Source: a virus
Length of the DNA stretch: 64,000 nucleotides
Direction: 5' to 3' (one strand)
Virus record (IMG/VR): IMGVR_UViG_3300010383_000008
Span: 1-64,000 of that record
The notes below the pieces were generated by a model that ran no database searches, was not told the DNA's origin, and saw only the letters and a program-made list of their open reading frames with translations. Both the position numbers and the translations under genes were made by a program. This document shows, piece after piece, positions 1-7,112 of the stretch; positions within the stretch are counted from its first letter, which is position 1; every line of letters begins with the position of its first letter.

Positions 1-259
1 CGCCGGAAAGAGCCCACTTGAGCATCGCCTCGTGGTTGCCGCGCACACCGAAAAACCAGCGACGGTTAATCCAGTCGAGCGCTTCGTGGGATTCCGGGCC
101 ACGATCGACCAGATCGCCGACGCTGAACAGCCGGTCGCAGGTAGTATCAAAACCGATGGCCTTGAGGAACGCAGCCAGTCGCGTGAAACAACCGTGGATG
201 TCACCGACGACGAAGTCGCGGCCTTGGGTGTTGCGGCCGAGGCGGGCGAAATAGCTCAT
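1..259 (-). CDS. Ser/Thr protein phosphatase, lambda-PPase-like metallophosphoesterase (N-terminal part only; gene runs off the left edge)
   Basis: Minus-strand translation from ATG 259..257 reads MSYFARLGRNTQGRDFVVGDIHGCF..SVGDLVDRGPES..GVRGNHEAML, which carries the GDxHG, GDxxDRG and GNHE motifs. There is no stop before the window edge. ATGA overlap with the upstream ORF. Confidence 0.85.
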   Translation of the reverse strand, partial: MSYFARLGRNTQGRDFVVGDIHGCFTRLAAFLKAIGFDTTCDRLFSVGDLVDRGPESHEALDWINRRWFFGVRGNHEAMLKWALSG

Positions 260-438
260 ACACGTTCCAGGTGGATAGGTTTGCAGTCGTACGGACCGCG
301 GTAGCCGCGCTCTTTTTCGAGCGTGGCCTGCATGCTTCGATGGTCGCTGCTGCGCGACATGCTTTGCACTACCCATGACTCGCGGAGGTCTCGCAAAGTA
401 TAGGTCCAGCCGTCGAGCCACGGGATGTAAGCGATCAT
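256..438 (-). CDS. mini-gene array unit, 60 aa, hypothetical
   Basis: MIAYIPW...KPIHLERV stop; ATGA overlaps at 256-259 and 435-438. Confidence 0.65.
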   Translation of the reverse strand: MIAYIPWLDGWTYTLRDLRESWVVQSMSRSSDHRSMQATLEKERGYRGPYDCKPIHLERV

Positions 439-641
439 GGTATGCGCTCCAAGCGCACCTGGAAAGGCCAGTGGTTACCGTCGCGGCGGTGCGACACGAT
501 CGCATCGTACGCGACGATCGCGACATCTTTCGTCCGGCACAGCGGCACCAGTTGCACGCCGTCGTACGACAGGCCAAGCCAGCGTATGCGCTCTGCATAC
601 GGCGGGGGGCGGTCGTAGCCGCAGCAGCTCCAGACGATCAT
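435..641 (-). CDS. mini-gene array unit, 68 aa
   Basis: MIVWSCC...FQVRLERIP stop; ATGA overlaps on both sides. Confidence 0.65.
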   Translation of the reverse strand: MIVWSCCGYDRPPPYAERIRWLGLSYDGVQLVPLCRTKDVAIVAYDAIVSHRRDGNHWPFQVRLERIP

Positions 642-865
642 GACACGCGCTCTAGCTGAACACGCACCAGGCGTAGGGTGTTGGCATATCTGATGAAGTT
701 TTCATCCGTGCCGAAAATACGCTCTTGTCGTATGGCGGCGGCAGTGCCGACGAGATCGTCGCTGCGGCTGAAGTGTTGCGTTGGCCACGCGCGGTCAGCG
801 AGGGATATTTCGTACTCTCTAGGGCGCCAGTGCGCCATGACGGGCATGAAGATGATCGCGGTCAT
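638..865 (-). CDS. mini-gene array unit, 75 aa
   Basis: Start moved to the internal ATG at 865 (MTAIIFMP), which restores the ATGA overlap with the upstream stop. C-terminus VRVQLERVS. Confidence 0.6.
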   Translation of the reverse strand: MTAIIFMPVMAHWRPREYEISLADRAWPTQHFSRSDDLVGTAAAIRQERIFGTDENFIRYANTLRLVRVQLERVS

Positions 866-1053
866 GGCGCGCGCTCCAGCGTGAATGGGGCCGGGAACCA
901 ATCCGCAGTAACCAACCAGTTGTGCGAATGACTGACCAACGTTCGGCTTGCTTCATCGCTTCGTGCGGCGGTTTCGGAGACGGTGTAGGCCGCGTCCACG
1001 CTGTTTACCACACGTCCGTCGTGGTCGTGGCGCCAGTGCACCCAGATGATCAT
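862..1053 (-). CDS. mini-gene array unit, 63 aa
   Basis: MIIWVHW...PFTLERAP stop; ATGA overlaps. Confidence 0.65.
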   Translation of the reverse strand: MIIWVHWRHDHDGRVVNSVDAAYTVSETAARSDEASRTLVSHSHNWLVTADWFPAPFTLERAP

Positions 1054-1265
1054 GGCGCGCGCTCCAGGCGAAGTTTGGTTATTGCGTACTGGGTGCCGGG
1101 GAACCCACGCCGTCGCGCGCGGGCGTCAGCGCGTGTGCGGCTGGCCGTGCCACTAAAGGCTTCGATGTAGGGCGACCAGATACGCAGCAGCGTAGTTTGT
1201 AGTGAATGGTTGCGAAAGTCGCGGTAGGCATCTTCGATGTCGCTGTACAGCGCCCAGATGATCAC
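1050..1265 (-). CDS. mini-gene array unit, 71 aa
   Basis: GTG start in a GTGA overlap; (V)IIWALY...KLRLERAP stop. Confidence 0.65.
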   Translation of the reverse strand: MIIWALYSDIEDAYRDFRNHSLQTTLLRIWSPYIEAFSGTASRTRADARARRRGFPGTQYAITKLRLERAP

Positions 1266-1444
1266 GGTTCGCGCTCCAGTTGGACGCGCTCGGGGCGGAT
1301 TATCCAGCCGTGGTAGTTGCCGCTGGCCTTGTATAGCCGGACCGCCTCGTGGGGGTCACGGCAAAAACTGTGGCGACACGGGTGGGCGTCGCAATCCGGG
1401 GTGGGCTCGTCCTCGTCGCACGCGGTGCCGATATAGACGATCAC
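1262..1444 (-). CDS. mini-gene array unit, 60 aa
   Basis: GTG start in a GTGA overlap; (V)IVYIGT...RVQLEREP stop. Confidence 0.65.
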   Translation of the reverse strand: MIVYIGTACDEDEPTPDCDAHPCRHSFCRDPHEAVRLYKASGNYHGWIIRPERVQLEREP

Positions 1445-1647
1445 GGTACGCGCTCCAGTTGGACGCGGAAGGGTGTGTGATGCAGGCCAGGATGTTGCCG
1501 CTTATGCTGCTCGATGGCGACATCTACGGAACGGTGCAAGGACACGGACTGCGTACCGTTGTACAGCTCGATCAGTTCGTACATCCACGCGCGGCGCGTA
1601 TTTAGGGCGGGGAGTACGCGCCAGCTGCAACAGGCCCAGGCGATCAC
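1441..1647 (-). CDS. mini-gene array unit, 68 aa
   Basis: GTG start in a GTGA overlap with the stop of the membrane-protein gene; (V)IAWACC...FRVQLERVP stop. Confidence 0.65.
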   Translation of the reverse strand: MIAWACCSWRVLPALNTRRAWMYELIELYNGTQSVSLHRSVDVAIEQHKRQHPGLHHTPFRVQLERVP

Positions 1648-2282
1648 CCCAGCAGGCCGACGAACTGCGGGCGCAGCCCCTTCGGGACCTCGTAGGGCGG
1701 GTTCTTCGGGTCGCGCGCCTGCTTGGCCTTGAGGTTGGCCACGCGCAGGTCGAAGGTCGGTTCGATCTTGATGCGCGGGCGCACCCAGCCGGGGAGCATG
1801 TACTTGTCGATCAGCACGGCCAGCATCTGGAGCATGCGGTCCTCGTTGATCCAGTAGGTGTGTTTCTGGCCCTCTTCGCTGGGCGAGAGGACGGTGATGC
1901 GGTAGGTTGGATTCGGTCCCACGGCTGGGGCGGGCGCACCGGCCAGGCTGTCGAGGCCGAGCACGCCGCGCGGCGGTGGGCCGGCGATTGCGCGCGGCGT
2001 GTCGTCGTGACGGCGTTGCGGTGCATCCGGGTCGCGTGGTTGCGCCGAAGTGATGAGCGTGTTCAGCGACTCATCGATACCGGGCGGTGGCGGCAGTGGT
2101 GCCGGGTCTTCGGGATGCGCGTGCTGGATACGCCGCCAGATCAGCCACAGGTAGAGCGTGATGCCACCGAACCAGGTGAACGTACCGGGTAGCGAATAGC
2201 CGTGTCCGATGAGCCAGGCGCTAAGTGCACTGACTACGCCGACTATCGCGACGGCGTAAAGTACGGTGATCACCCATTTCAT
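1644..2282 (-). CDS. membrane protein, 212 aa, hypothetical
   Basis: Start moved to ATG 2282 (MKWVITVLYAVAIVGVV), preceded by AAGGAG. Two N-terminal hydrophobic helices, a Pro-rich linker and a C-terminal globular part. Confidence 0.65.
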   Translation of the reverse strand: MKWVITVLYAVAIVGVVSALSAWLIGHGYSLPGTFTWFGGITLYLWLIWRRIQHAHPEDPAPLPPPPGIDESLNTLITSAQPRDPDAPQRRHDDTPRAIAGPPPRGVLGLDSLAGAPAPAVGPNPTYRITVLSPSEEGQKHTYWINEDRMLQMLAVLIDKYMLPGWVRPRIKIEPTFDLRVANLKAKQARDPKNPPYEVPKGLRPQFVGLLG

Positions 2283-2287
2283 GACGG

Positions 2288-2695
2288 TTACTCCTTCTTG
2301 CTGTCGGCTTTCTCGATCATGTAGTACCGGGTCAGGAGCTCGGGCAGCGCGTCGGTGATGACGGCTTCGACCACCTGTCCGGCGTTCTCTATTGCCGCGT
2401 ACGGTGAACTGCTGGGCTTGGCGGTCCACCAGTCGAGGCCGGCCTCGACGCCGAGGCGTACGGCTTGACGCAACAGGTCCTCGATCGTGGTCGGTGGCAG
2501 CCCGCGCACGGTCAGCGCTGGATGATCGAGTTTGACGCCGATGTTGGCCAGCGCGGTGACCAGCGCGCTGTCGTCGACGTCGATGCGGTTGCCAGCGATG
2601 CGCAAGGCAGCGGCACGCAGGATGGCGGCGATCAACGAGCGTTGACGGAAACGCGGGGCGGGCGGGGCTTCGGTGGTTTTTGCAACGGCGGGCAT
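2288..2695 (-). CDS. hypothetical protein, 135 aa
   Basis: Intact ORF in the operon orientation. Its TAA stop sits inside the AAGGAG site of the next gene. Confidence 0.6.
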   Translation of the reverse strand: MPAVAKTTEAPPAPRFRQRSLIAAILRAAALRIAGNRIDVDDSALVTALANIGVKLDHPALTVRGLPPTTIEDLLRQAVRLGVEAGLDWWTAKPSSSPYAAIENAGQVVEAVITDALPELLTRYYMIEKADSKKE

Positions 2696-2726
2696 GGGCT
2701 ATTTCCGAGTGGAGAGAGGCGTGGGA

Positions 2727-2876
2727 TTACGGGCGACGGCGCTTGAACGGGTGGTAGTACGCCATCGCGCCGGCGATGAAAGCGTTGGTACCGCTGGCGA
2801 ATGAATGGCCCAGCCAGGTGTTCGCCCCTGCCATGATGATGTTGCCGACGAAGATCACGAGCCACCACGTTTTCAC
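2727..2876 (-). CDS. small hydrophobic protein, 49 aa (GTG start)
   Basis: GTG 2876..2874 forms a GTGA overlap with the upstream stop. Sequence VKTWWLVIFVGNIIMAGANTWLGHSFASGTNAFIAGAMAYYHPFKRRRP. Confidence 0.45.
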   Translation of the reverse strand: MKTWWLVIFVGNIIMAGANTWLGHSFASGTNAFIAGAMAYYHPFKRRRP

Positions 2877-3373
2877 AGCGGCGCGGCCGAGTACTTGGCG
2901 ACGTGGTAACCGCGCGCGGTCATCTCGGCCTTGAGCTTGCTGGCGTCCTGCGGTTCGCCGGTCATGCGCTGGCGGTTGGCCGCGAGCATCTTCCAGCTGT
3001 CTTCCGGGTCGCGGCCGGCGGAGGCCAGCACCGGCTCGCCGTATTCTTTGTTCGCAGGGTTGGGATCGGCTTCGGTAACGAAGAAGAGGTAGACCACGGG
3101 CGTTCTCCTGACTTTGTTGATGACATGCCGCCACCGGGTGTCGCGGCGGATGGTGAATTTGAAACGAGCGAGATCATGGTCGTAAAGGAAGCGATTAACG
3201 CGACCTTCGCTGTACCAGCCGAGGGCGGGTAGTACGTCGTACAGTGCGGCACGGCATTCGTCGGGGTCGCGTTGCAAGCTGTGATAAAAGGCGATTTGCG
3301 TGTCGTATGTGTAAAAGAATTTACGCCGACGCAGCACATCTTCATCGCAATAACCGAGCAGGTACCAGACCAT
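2873..3373 (-). CDS. hypothetical protein, 166 aa; resembles two fused array units
   Basis: Start at ATG 3373 (MVWYLLGY), a TGATG overlap. The internal ..FKFTIRRD.. followed by ..VVYLFFV.. looks like a decayed unit junction. Confidence 0.55.
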   Translation of the reverse strand: MVWYLLGYCDEDVLRRRKFFYTYDTQIAFYHSLQRDPDECRAALYDVLPALGWYSEGRVNRFLYDHDLARFKFTIRRDTRWRHVINKVRRTPVVYLFFVTEADPNPANKEYGEPVLASAGRDPEDSWKMLAANRQRMTGEPQDASKLKAEMTARGYHVAKYSAAPL

Positions 3374-3555
3374 CAGCGCCTCCGCGGTTGGACGCGGCGT
3401 ATCCGTAGTTGTTTGACGGGGAAGAATATCCAACCTTGGACGTCGATCGCGCTGCTACCGAAATTTGAGGCCCAGCGCAGCATGCTATCGCGGTCGTGTA
3501 AATCGCCACTACCGCGGAAATAAATCGTGTGCCACGGGTTGGTATTACGGCTCAT
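3373..3555 (-). CDS. degenerate array unit, 60 aa
   Basis: MSRNTNPWHTIYF...QLRIRRVQPRRR. Overlaps the upstream gene by 11 nt where the junction has an insertion (LERINEP). Confidence 0.45.
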   Translation of the reverse strand: MSRNTNPWHTIYFRGSGDLHDRDSMLRWASNFGSSAIDVQGWIFFPVKQLRIRRVQPRRR

Positions 3556-3745
3556 TGATGCGCTCCAGACAGAAGCCCAGTGGCACGTAGTAAGACCACT
3601 GCGCGTAGTCGTCGGAGTGCGCGAAGTTGGCTGCGCAGACCTCTGCGCTATGCGCGATGTACCGGTAGTTGAAATCCATCAAGCAGTTGACGAGATCGCT
3701 GGTGGTCCAGGTGCCGTATGGGCTGTATGGCGCGTAGACGATCAC
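3545..3745 (-). CDS. mini-gene array unit, 66 aa
   Basis: GTG start in a GTGA overlap; (V)IVYAPY...GFCLERINEP stop. Confidence 0.6.
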   Translation of the reverse strand: MIVYAPYSPYGTWTTSDLVNCLMDFNYRYIAHSAEVCAANFAHSDDYAQWSYYVPLGFCLERINEP

Positions 3746-3927
3746 GGCACGCGCTCCAGCTGGAGCGCATGCACGTAGTCTTGGCGGTTGGGCGGGCGGT
3801 TGGCACGCGCCTGGTCAACGCTGCTGCCTATGGCTTGCCGGGCGGCGCTGTTATAAACCAGCCACTGCGCGAGGTTGGGACGTACGCGCTGTGGGGGCAT
3901 GTTCGATGCGAAAAACGCGATGATCAT
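3742..3927 (-). CDS. mini-gene array unit, 61 aa
   Basis: MIIAFFA...HALQLERVP stop; ATGA overlap upstream, GTGA overlap downstream. Confidence 0.65.
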   Translation of the reverse strand: MIIAFFASNMPPQRVRPNLAQWLVYNSAARQAIGSSVDQARANRPPNRQDYVHALQLERVP

Positions 3928-4187
3928 ATGACGCGCTCCAGACGGAAAGCTTTGGTTTGCAGTCTTCCGCTATCGCCGGTCAGCTTCTGTTCCCACACGG
4001 GGTCGACCCGTGGCGACCATGACAGGTGTTCTGCGAGCCAGGTGCGGAGTACGGAGTTCAGCGTGTATTCGTACCTGTGCATGAAATCAAGCCACGGGCA
4101 ATACACGATGAAACCGGGCGGTTCGGGGCGTGAATGGGTGCGGTGATGGGTAGGAATCTGCGCGCCCCAGCGGTCAGGGCCGGGCAT
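3924..4187 (-). CDS. array unit with N-terminal extension, 87 aa
   Basis: ..GFIVYCPW...AFRLERVI stop. The upstream junction is degenerate, so the start is uncertain (ATG 4187 overlaps the upstream gene by 14 nt). Confidence 0.5.
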   Translation of the reverse strand: MPGPDRWGAQIPTHHRTHSRPEPPGFIVYCPWLDFMHRYEYTLNSVLRTWLAEHLSWSPRVDPVWEQKLTGDSGRLQTKAFRLERVI

Positions 4188-4368
4188 GGGCGATTACTCG
4201 TGTGAGGCGAAAGCCATAGGCCGCCCAAGGGCCGCTAACGGCTAATCCAGTTTCTATATCGGCCGCGCGCAAGCATTCGGCGGCGTTTCGGCTAATGGTA
4301 GGACCGACGAAGGTTTCGGCTAATGCGGTCGGGTCGGCAGCGACCCAGAACACATACACAACCGTCAT
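4174..4368 (-). CDS. array unit, 64 aa, divergent C-terminus
   Basis: Start moved to ATG 4368 (MTVVYVFW) in an ATGA overlap; C-terminus FRLTRVIAHARP. Confidence 0.55.
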   Translation of the reverse strand: MTVVYVFWVAADPTALAETFVGPTISRNAAECLRAADIETGLAVSGPWAAYGFRLTRVIAHARP

Positions 4369-4568
4369 GGCGTGCGCTCCAACTGGATGCGGCGCATATA
4401 ACCGTTGCGCGCAAGATCGCCGAGTACGACTCCTTGCCGTTTCGCTTCGGCCGCGATCGTGGGGAACGCGAGTATGTCGCGAGAGAAATACTGGACGGGC
4501 CACGCCCTAAATACAGTGTCTTCGATACGATCCCAACCGGGTGACCAGGGCATGAAGACGAGGCTCAT
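4365..4568 (-). CDS. mini-gene array unit, 67 aa
   Basis: MSLVFMPW...RRIQLERTP stop; ATGA overlaps. Confidence 0.65.
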   Translation of the reverse strand: MSLVFMPWSPGWDRIEDTVFRAWPVQYFSRDILAFPTIAAEAKRQGVVLGDLARNGYMRRIQLERTP

Positions 4569-4780
4569 GGCGCGCGTTCCAGAAGTACGGGTTCGCCCAG
4601 CGGGGCGTGACTGACGGGGTAGCTGGGGATTTCGCAGGCGATAGCGCGGGCATTGCTGATACTGGTGAGTGTGTCGCGCGCGAACGTGGCGCGCAGCGGA
4701 TCGTACTCTTCCAGTAACCAGACTTCGATATCGTCGTCGCTGGACGCGGCCGAGTCGCCGGTACAGATGTAGGCGATCAT
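4565..4780 (-). CDS. mini-gene array unit, 71 aa
   Basis: MIAYICT...PVLLERAP stop; ATGA overlaps. Confidence 0.65.
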   Translation of the reverse strand: MIAYICTGDSAASSDDDIEVWLLEEYDPLRATFARDTLTSISNARAIACEIPSYPVSHAPLGEPVLLERAP

Positions 4781-4968
4781 GATGTGCGTTCCAATGCGAG
4801 CGGTACTATGCGAAGCGCGGGATCGCTATAACGGGCAGCGTAGGCGTCGTTGGCGTTGCTGCGTATGCTGCCGCGAATATCTGGAAAGTCGGGGTCCAAT
4901 AGTAATTTTGACAGGCGGTGTTGTACGAAATACGCGCCGGCATCCGTGGCGAAGAATGCGGTGGTCAT
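4777..4968 (-). CDS. mini-gene array unit, 63 aa
   Basis: MTTAFFA...PLALERTS stop; ATGA overlaps. Confidence 0.65.
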   Translation of the reverse strand: MTTAFFATDAGAYFVQHRLSKLLLDPDFPDIRGSIRSNANDAYAARYSDPALRIVPLALERTS

Positions 4969-5147
4969 GGCACGCGCTCCAGTGTGATGGGGTATGCGTC
5001 GTAATCACTGCGGTCGATCCCGGTATCGCGGTAGCCACGTAGCGCGCTGGCGGGGGTGCTGGAAATGTCAGCGAGCCGCCCGGAGGTGAGCCACAAAAGC
5101 ACAGTGCCGCTATCGACCTCGCTGGCGCCTACGATCCAGGCGGTCAT
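4965..5147 (-). CDS. mini-gene array unit, 60 aa
   Basis: MTAWIVG...YPITLERVP stop; ATGA overlaps. Confidence 0.65.
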   Translation of the reverse strand: MTAWIVGASEVDSGTVLLWLTSGRLADISSTPASALRGYRDTGIDRSDYDAYPITLERVP

Positions 5148-5350
5148 GTCATGCGCTCCAGTTTGAACGGGGCCGCCTGGTAATTACTGCTGTATCGTCC
5201 ATGATAAGCAGAGACGAATGCGTCGATGGTGCGGTCGGGGGTGCCGCGTATGTCATAGAGCTCACTGCCGTAGTCATCCAGAATGTTGGCGACTTCTTCT
5301 GTTATGTCGCCGGGCCTGACGGAGATGGGTATGGCGATGTACACGATCAC
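5144..5350 (-). CDS. mini-gene array unit, 68 aa
   Basis: Start moved to GTG 5350 (GTGA overlap); (V)IVYIAI...APFKLERMT stop. Confidence 0.6.
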   Translation of the reverse strand: MIVYIAIPISVRPGDITEEVANILDDYGSELYDIRGTPDRTIDAFVSAYHGRYSSNYQAAPFKLERMT

Positions 5351-5532
5351 AGGACGCGCTCCAGCCGCAGCGGTTCGGCGCGTAGATTTTGCCCGCGATC
5401 CCGTGCGGCCAGTGCTTCGCGCTCGGAGCTGCGCAGGTACCGGCATAGCGATATATCACCTAAGAGCAGCTCGTGCAGTTGGGCGGTGTATAGCTGGGGC
5501 GGGCAGTTGGTCGGCAGGTAGGCGATGGTCAT
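5347..5532 (-). CDS. mini-gene array unit, 61 aa
   Basis: MTIAYLP...EPLRLERVL stop; ATGA overlap upstream, GTGA overlap downstream. Confidence 0.65.
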   Translation of the reverse strand: MTIAYLPTNCPPQLYTAQLHELLLGDISLCRYLRSSEREALAARDRGQNLRAEPLRLERVL

Positions 5533-5729
5533 GGCACGCGCTCCAGCTGGACATTTTGTGCGCGAATGCGGGGGGCTACGTAAATGGGGCCGTCGAAATG
5601 GCCCACGCTGTAACGGGCATAGAGTTCCCTGGCCAGCGCTGGTGTGCTGGCGAACGAGTGGCGCACGGTGCGGTTATGCAGGTACGGCGTTTCGTCGATC
5701 GTGCATCGGGTACCGACGTAGACGATCAT
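5529..5729 (-). CDS. mini-gene array unit, 66 aa
   Basis: Start moved to ATG 5729 (MIVYVGT) in an ATGA overlap; ..QNVQLERVP stop. Confidence 0.6.
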   Translation of the reverse strand: MIVYVGTRCTIDETPYLHNRTVRHSFASTPALARELYARYSVGHFDGPIYVAPRIRAQNVQLERVP

Positions 5730-5908
5730 GGGGCGCGCTCCAACTGGATGCGGATGATGGTGCGGCACGTCCCAGGGATATGGGAAGATGCATGTACGCG
5801 GCGGTCGCGGGCGTCTTCGGCGGTGCGCGCGAACGAGCGCAGCACCATCGTGGTGCATAAATCGATAAGGTCTGGGAATGGTGCAGCGCTACCGGCATAG
5901 ACGATCAT
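5726..5908 (-). CDS. mini-gene array unit, 60 aa
   Basis: Start moved to ATG 5908 (MIVYAGS) in an ATGA overlap; ..IIRIQLERAP stop. Confidence 0.6.
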   Translation of the reverse strand: MIVYAGSAAPFPDLIDLCTTMVLRSFARTAEDARDRRVHASSHIPGTCRTIIRIQLERAP

Positions 5909-6117
5909 GGCGCGCGCTCCAGCTGGATCGTGCTGGCGACGGCGTTGGCGCGGGCGTGCCCGTTGTACGCAGCGATCGCGGCGGTGGGGGTACGCGCGAA
6001 TGTCTGGGTGATGGGGTCGTCGCGGTTGCGCATCCATAGCATGAGCGATGAGCGTGTGTCGGCGCGGTAGGAGCGGGCGGTGGTTGCCAGTTGGCGGTGG
6101 CTTACATAGCACAGCAT
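5905..6117 (-). CDS. mini-gene array unit, 70 aa (first unit)
   Basis: Start moved to ATG 6117 (MLCYVSH), 4 nt after the upstream TAG; ..STIQLERAP stop. Confidence 0.6.
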   Translation of the reverse strand: MLCYVSHRQLATTARSYRADTRSSLMLWMRNRDDPITQTFARTPTAAIAAYNGHARANAVASTIQLERAP

Positions 6118-6121
6118 GGCG

Positions 6122-6574
6122 CTACTCCAGCATGTCGGGGTGGCCCTGCCGCTTGAATTGCGGCATGGCGCGGGTGTCCTTGAGTAGGTCCAGTGTCTCC
6201 AGCGTCCAGTCGTTGTTGGTGGCCATGCTGGCGATGTCTTCGGCGACCGCGGTGATCGAGCGGTGGGCGTAGGGGATGTCCAGCTTGCGTGCCAGCAGGA
6301 ACAGCTCATCACTGCTGTAGCGGCGCGACAGCGGGTGGGGGAGTGGCGTCAGGTTGACGGGCTTGACAGGCGGGGGCGTTATGACGGCGTCAGCCTCCAT
6401 CGCCAGGTCGATTGCCCACAGTATCGCCCCCAGCGACAGGCCGCGCTTCAGGATGATCTCCAGACAGACGGGCAGGCGCGTCTCGGGGGGCACTCCGAGC
6501 GCCGCACGGAGCGCTAGGCGCTCGTGATAGGTTAAATCATGCAGATCAGCCAAAGTGGGGAGCACGGTCATCAT
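6122..6574 (-). CDS. hypothetical protein, 150 aa; first gene of the leftward early block
   Basis: Intact ORF directly downstream of the AT-rich intergenic region. No motif recognised. Confidence 0.6.
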   Translation of the reverse strand: MMTVLPTLADLHDLTYHERLALRAALGVPPETRLPVCLEIILKRGLSLGAILWAIDLAMEADAVITPPPVKPVNLTPLPHPLSRRYSSDELFLLARKLDIPYAHRSITAVAEDIASMATNNDWTLETLDLLKDTRAMPQFKRQGHPDMLE

Positions 6575-7073
6575 TGGGGTTCGAAACCTCTACTTAAATT
6601 TGACCAGAGTACAAACCCCCGAAATGTCATGTTGTACCGGTCAGTACAATAAACAAAATGCCGTGAAGATGGCGTCACAGCGTCGTGAAGGTTCGTAGCA
6701 GAACGTGAAGGGAAAGTCAAAACGCGTTATACAGTAACATGAGCTGTGCTATTTTCGGTGTAGTAAAATCAATGACTTAGATCATCTACTAAGATATTTC
6801 TTGTTCAGAAAACTATTTTTTTTCTCCCACACTCGATGGTTCTGAATGTAAGTCATTGATTGTTGCGCAGCAGCATTTCGACTGCCGCCGAAAAAATCCA
6901 ACGCGTGATGTCGATGAATAGAATAAAAACAACGACTTAGCGTCGAAATAGGCACAAAACGCAGGGGCATATTTGCTCGTTCAGAAATCGTTCACACATG
7001 CCTCTGTGCACTGGGCGCTTCGATCGCAAACGAATCGCGTTGTTCTTCGTACATCCTGGTGCCGGGTTGCATG
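6575..7073. promoter_or_regulatory. AT-rich ~500 bp non-coding control region (candidate early promoters and/or origin)
   Basis: Visibly AT-rich against a GC-rich genome. GTGAAG occurs three times at 6663-6710, spaced 22 and 20 bp. GTACAA/TTGTAC inverted motifs lie at 6610-6650. A 13-bp perfect inverted repeat, AATCAATGACTTA, has arms at 6768-6780 and 6849-6861. A direct repeat ATATTT..GTTCAGAAA lies at ~6793-6820 and ~6969-6988. There is a long T-run around 6825-6832. Confidence 0.55.
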
Positions 7074-7104
7074 AAAAAAGCCCGCCACCGTTGCAGTGGC
7101 GGGC
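7074..7104 (-). terminator. rho-independent terminator of block B
   Basis: 9-bp stem GCCCGCCAC/GTGGCGGGC with a 7-nt loop, followed on the minus strand by TTTTTT. Lies 9 nt after the TAA of gene 7113..8036. Confidence 0.8.
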
Positions 7105-7112
7105 TCGGCTGC

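Larger units (their letters stand above)
256..6117 (-). repeat. Tandem array of 22 mini-genes with a conserved ~25-30 nt junction cassette, interrupted by three unrelated genes at 1644-2876
   Basis: Minus-strand core CTGGAGCGC-N5-(A/G)TGA recurs every ~180-215 bp. It encodes the C-terminal ..LERxP stop, a GGAG Shine-Dalgarno about 8 nt upstream, and the next start (M/V)I(V/I)(Y/W). Confidence 0.8.

Noticed and set aside
256-6117. A periodic conserved ~25-30 nt element with variable intervening sequence could be read as a CRISPR array.
   Set aside because: The period is ~180-215 bp, far longer than CRISPR repeat plus spacer. The repeats are imperfect. Every unit is an in-frame ORF joined by ATGA/GTGA overlaps with an SD in the repeat. 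There are no cas genes.
6782-6970. A 62-aa minus-strand ORF lies inside the AT-rich region.
   Set aside because: It has no RBS, an odd composition, and overlaps the repeat motifs. Non-coding regulatory DNA is more likely.
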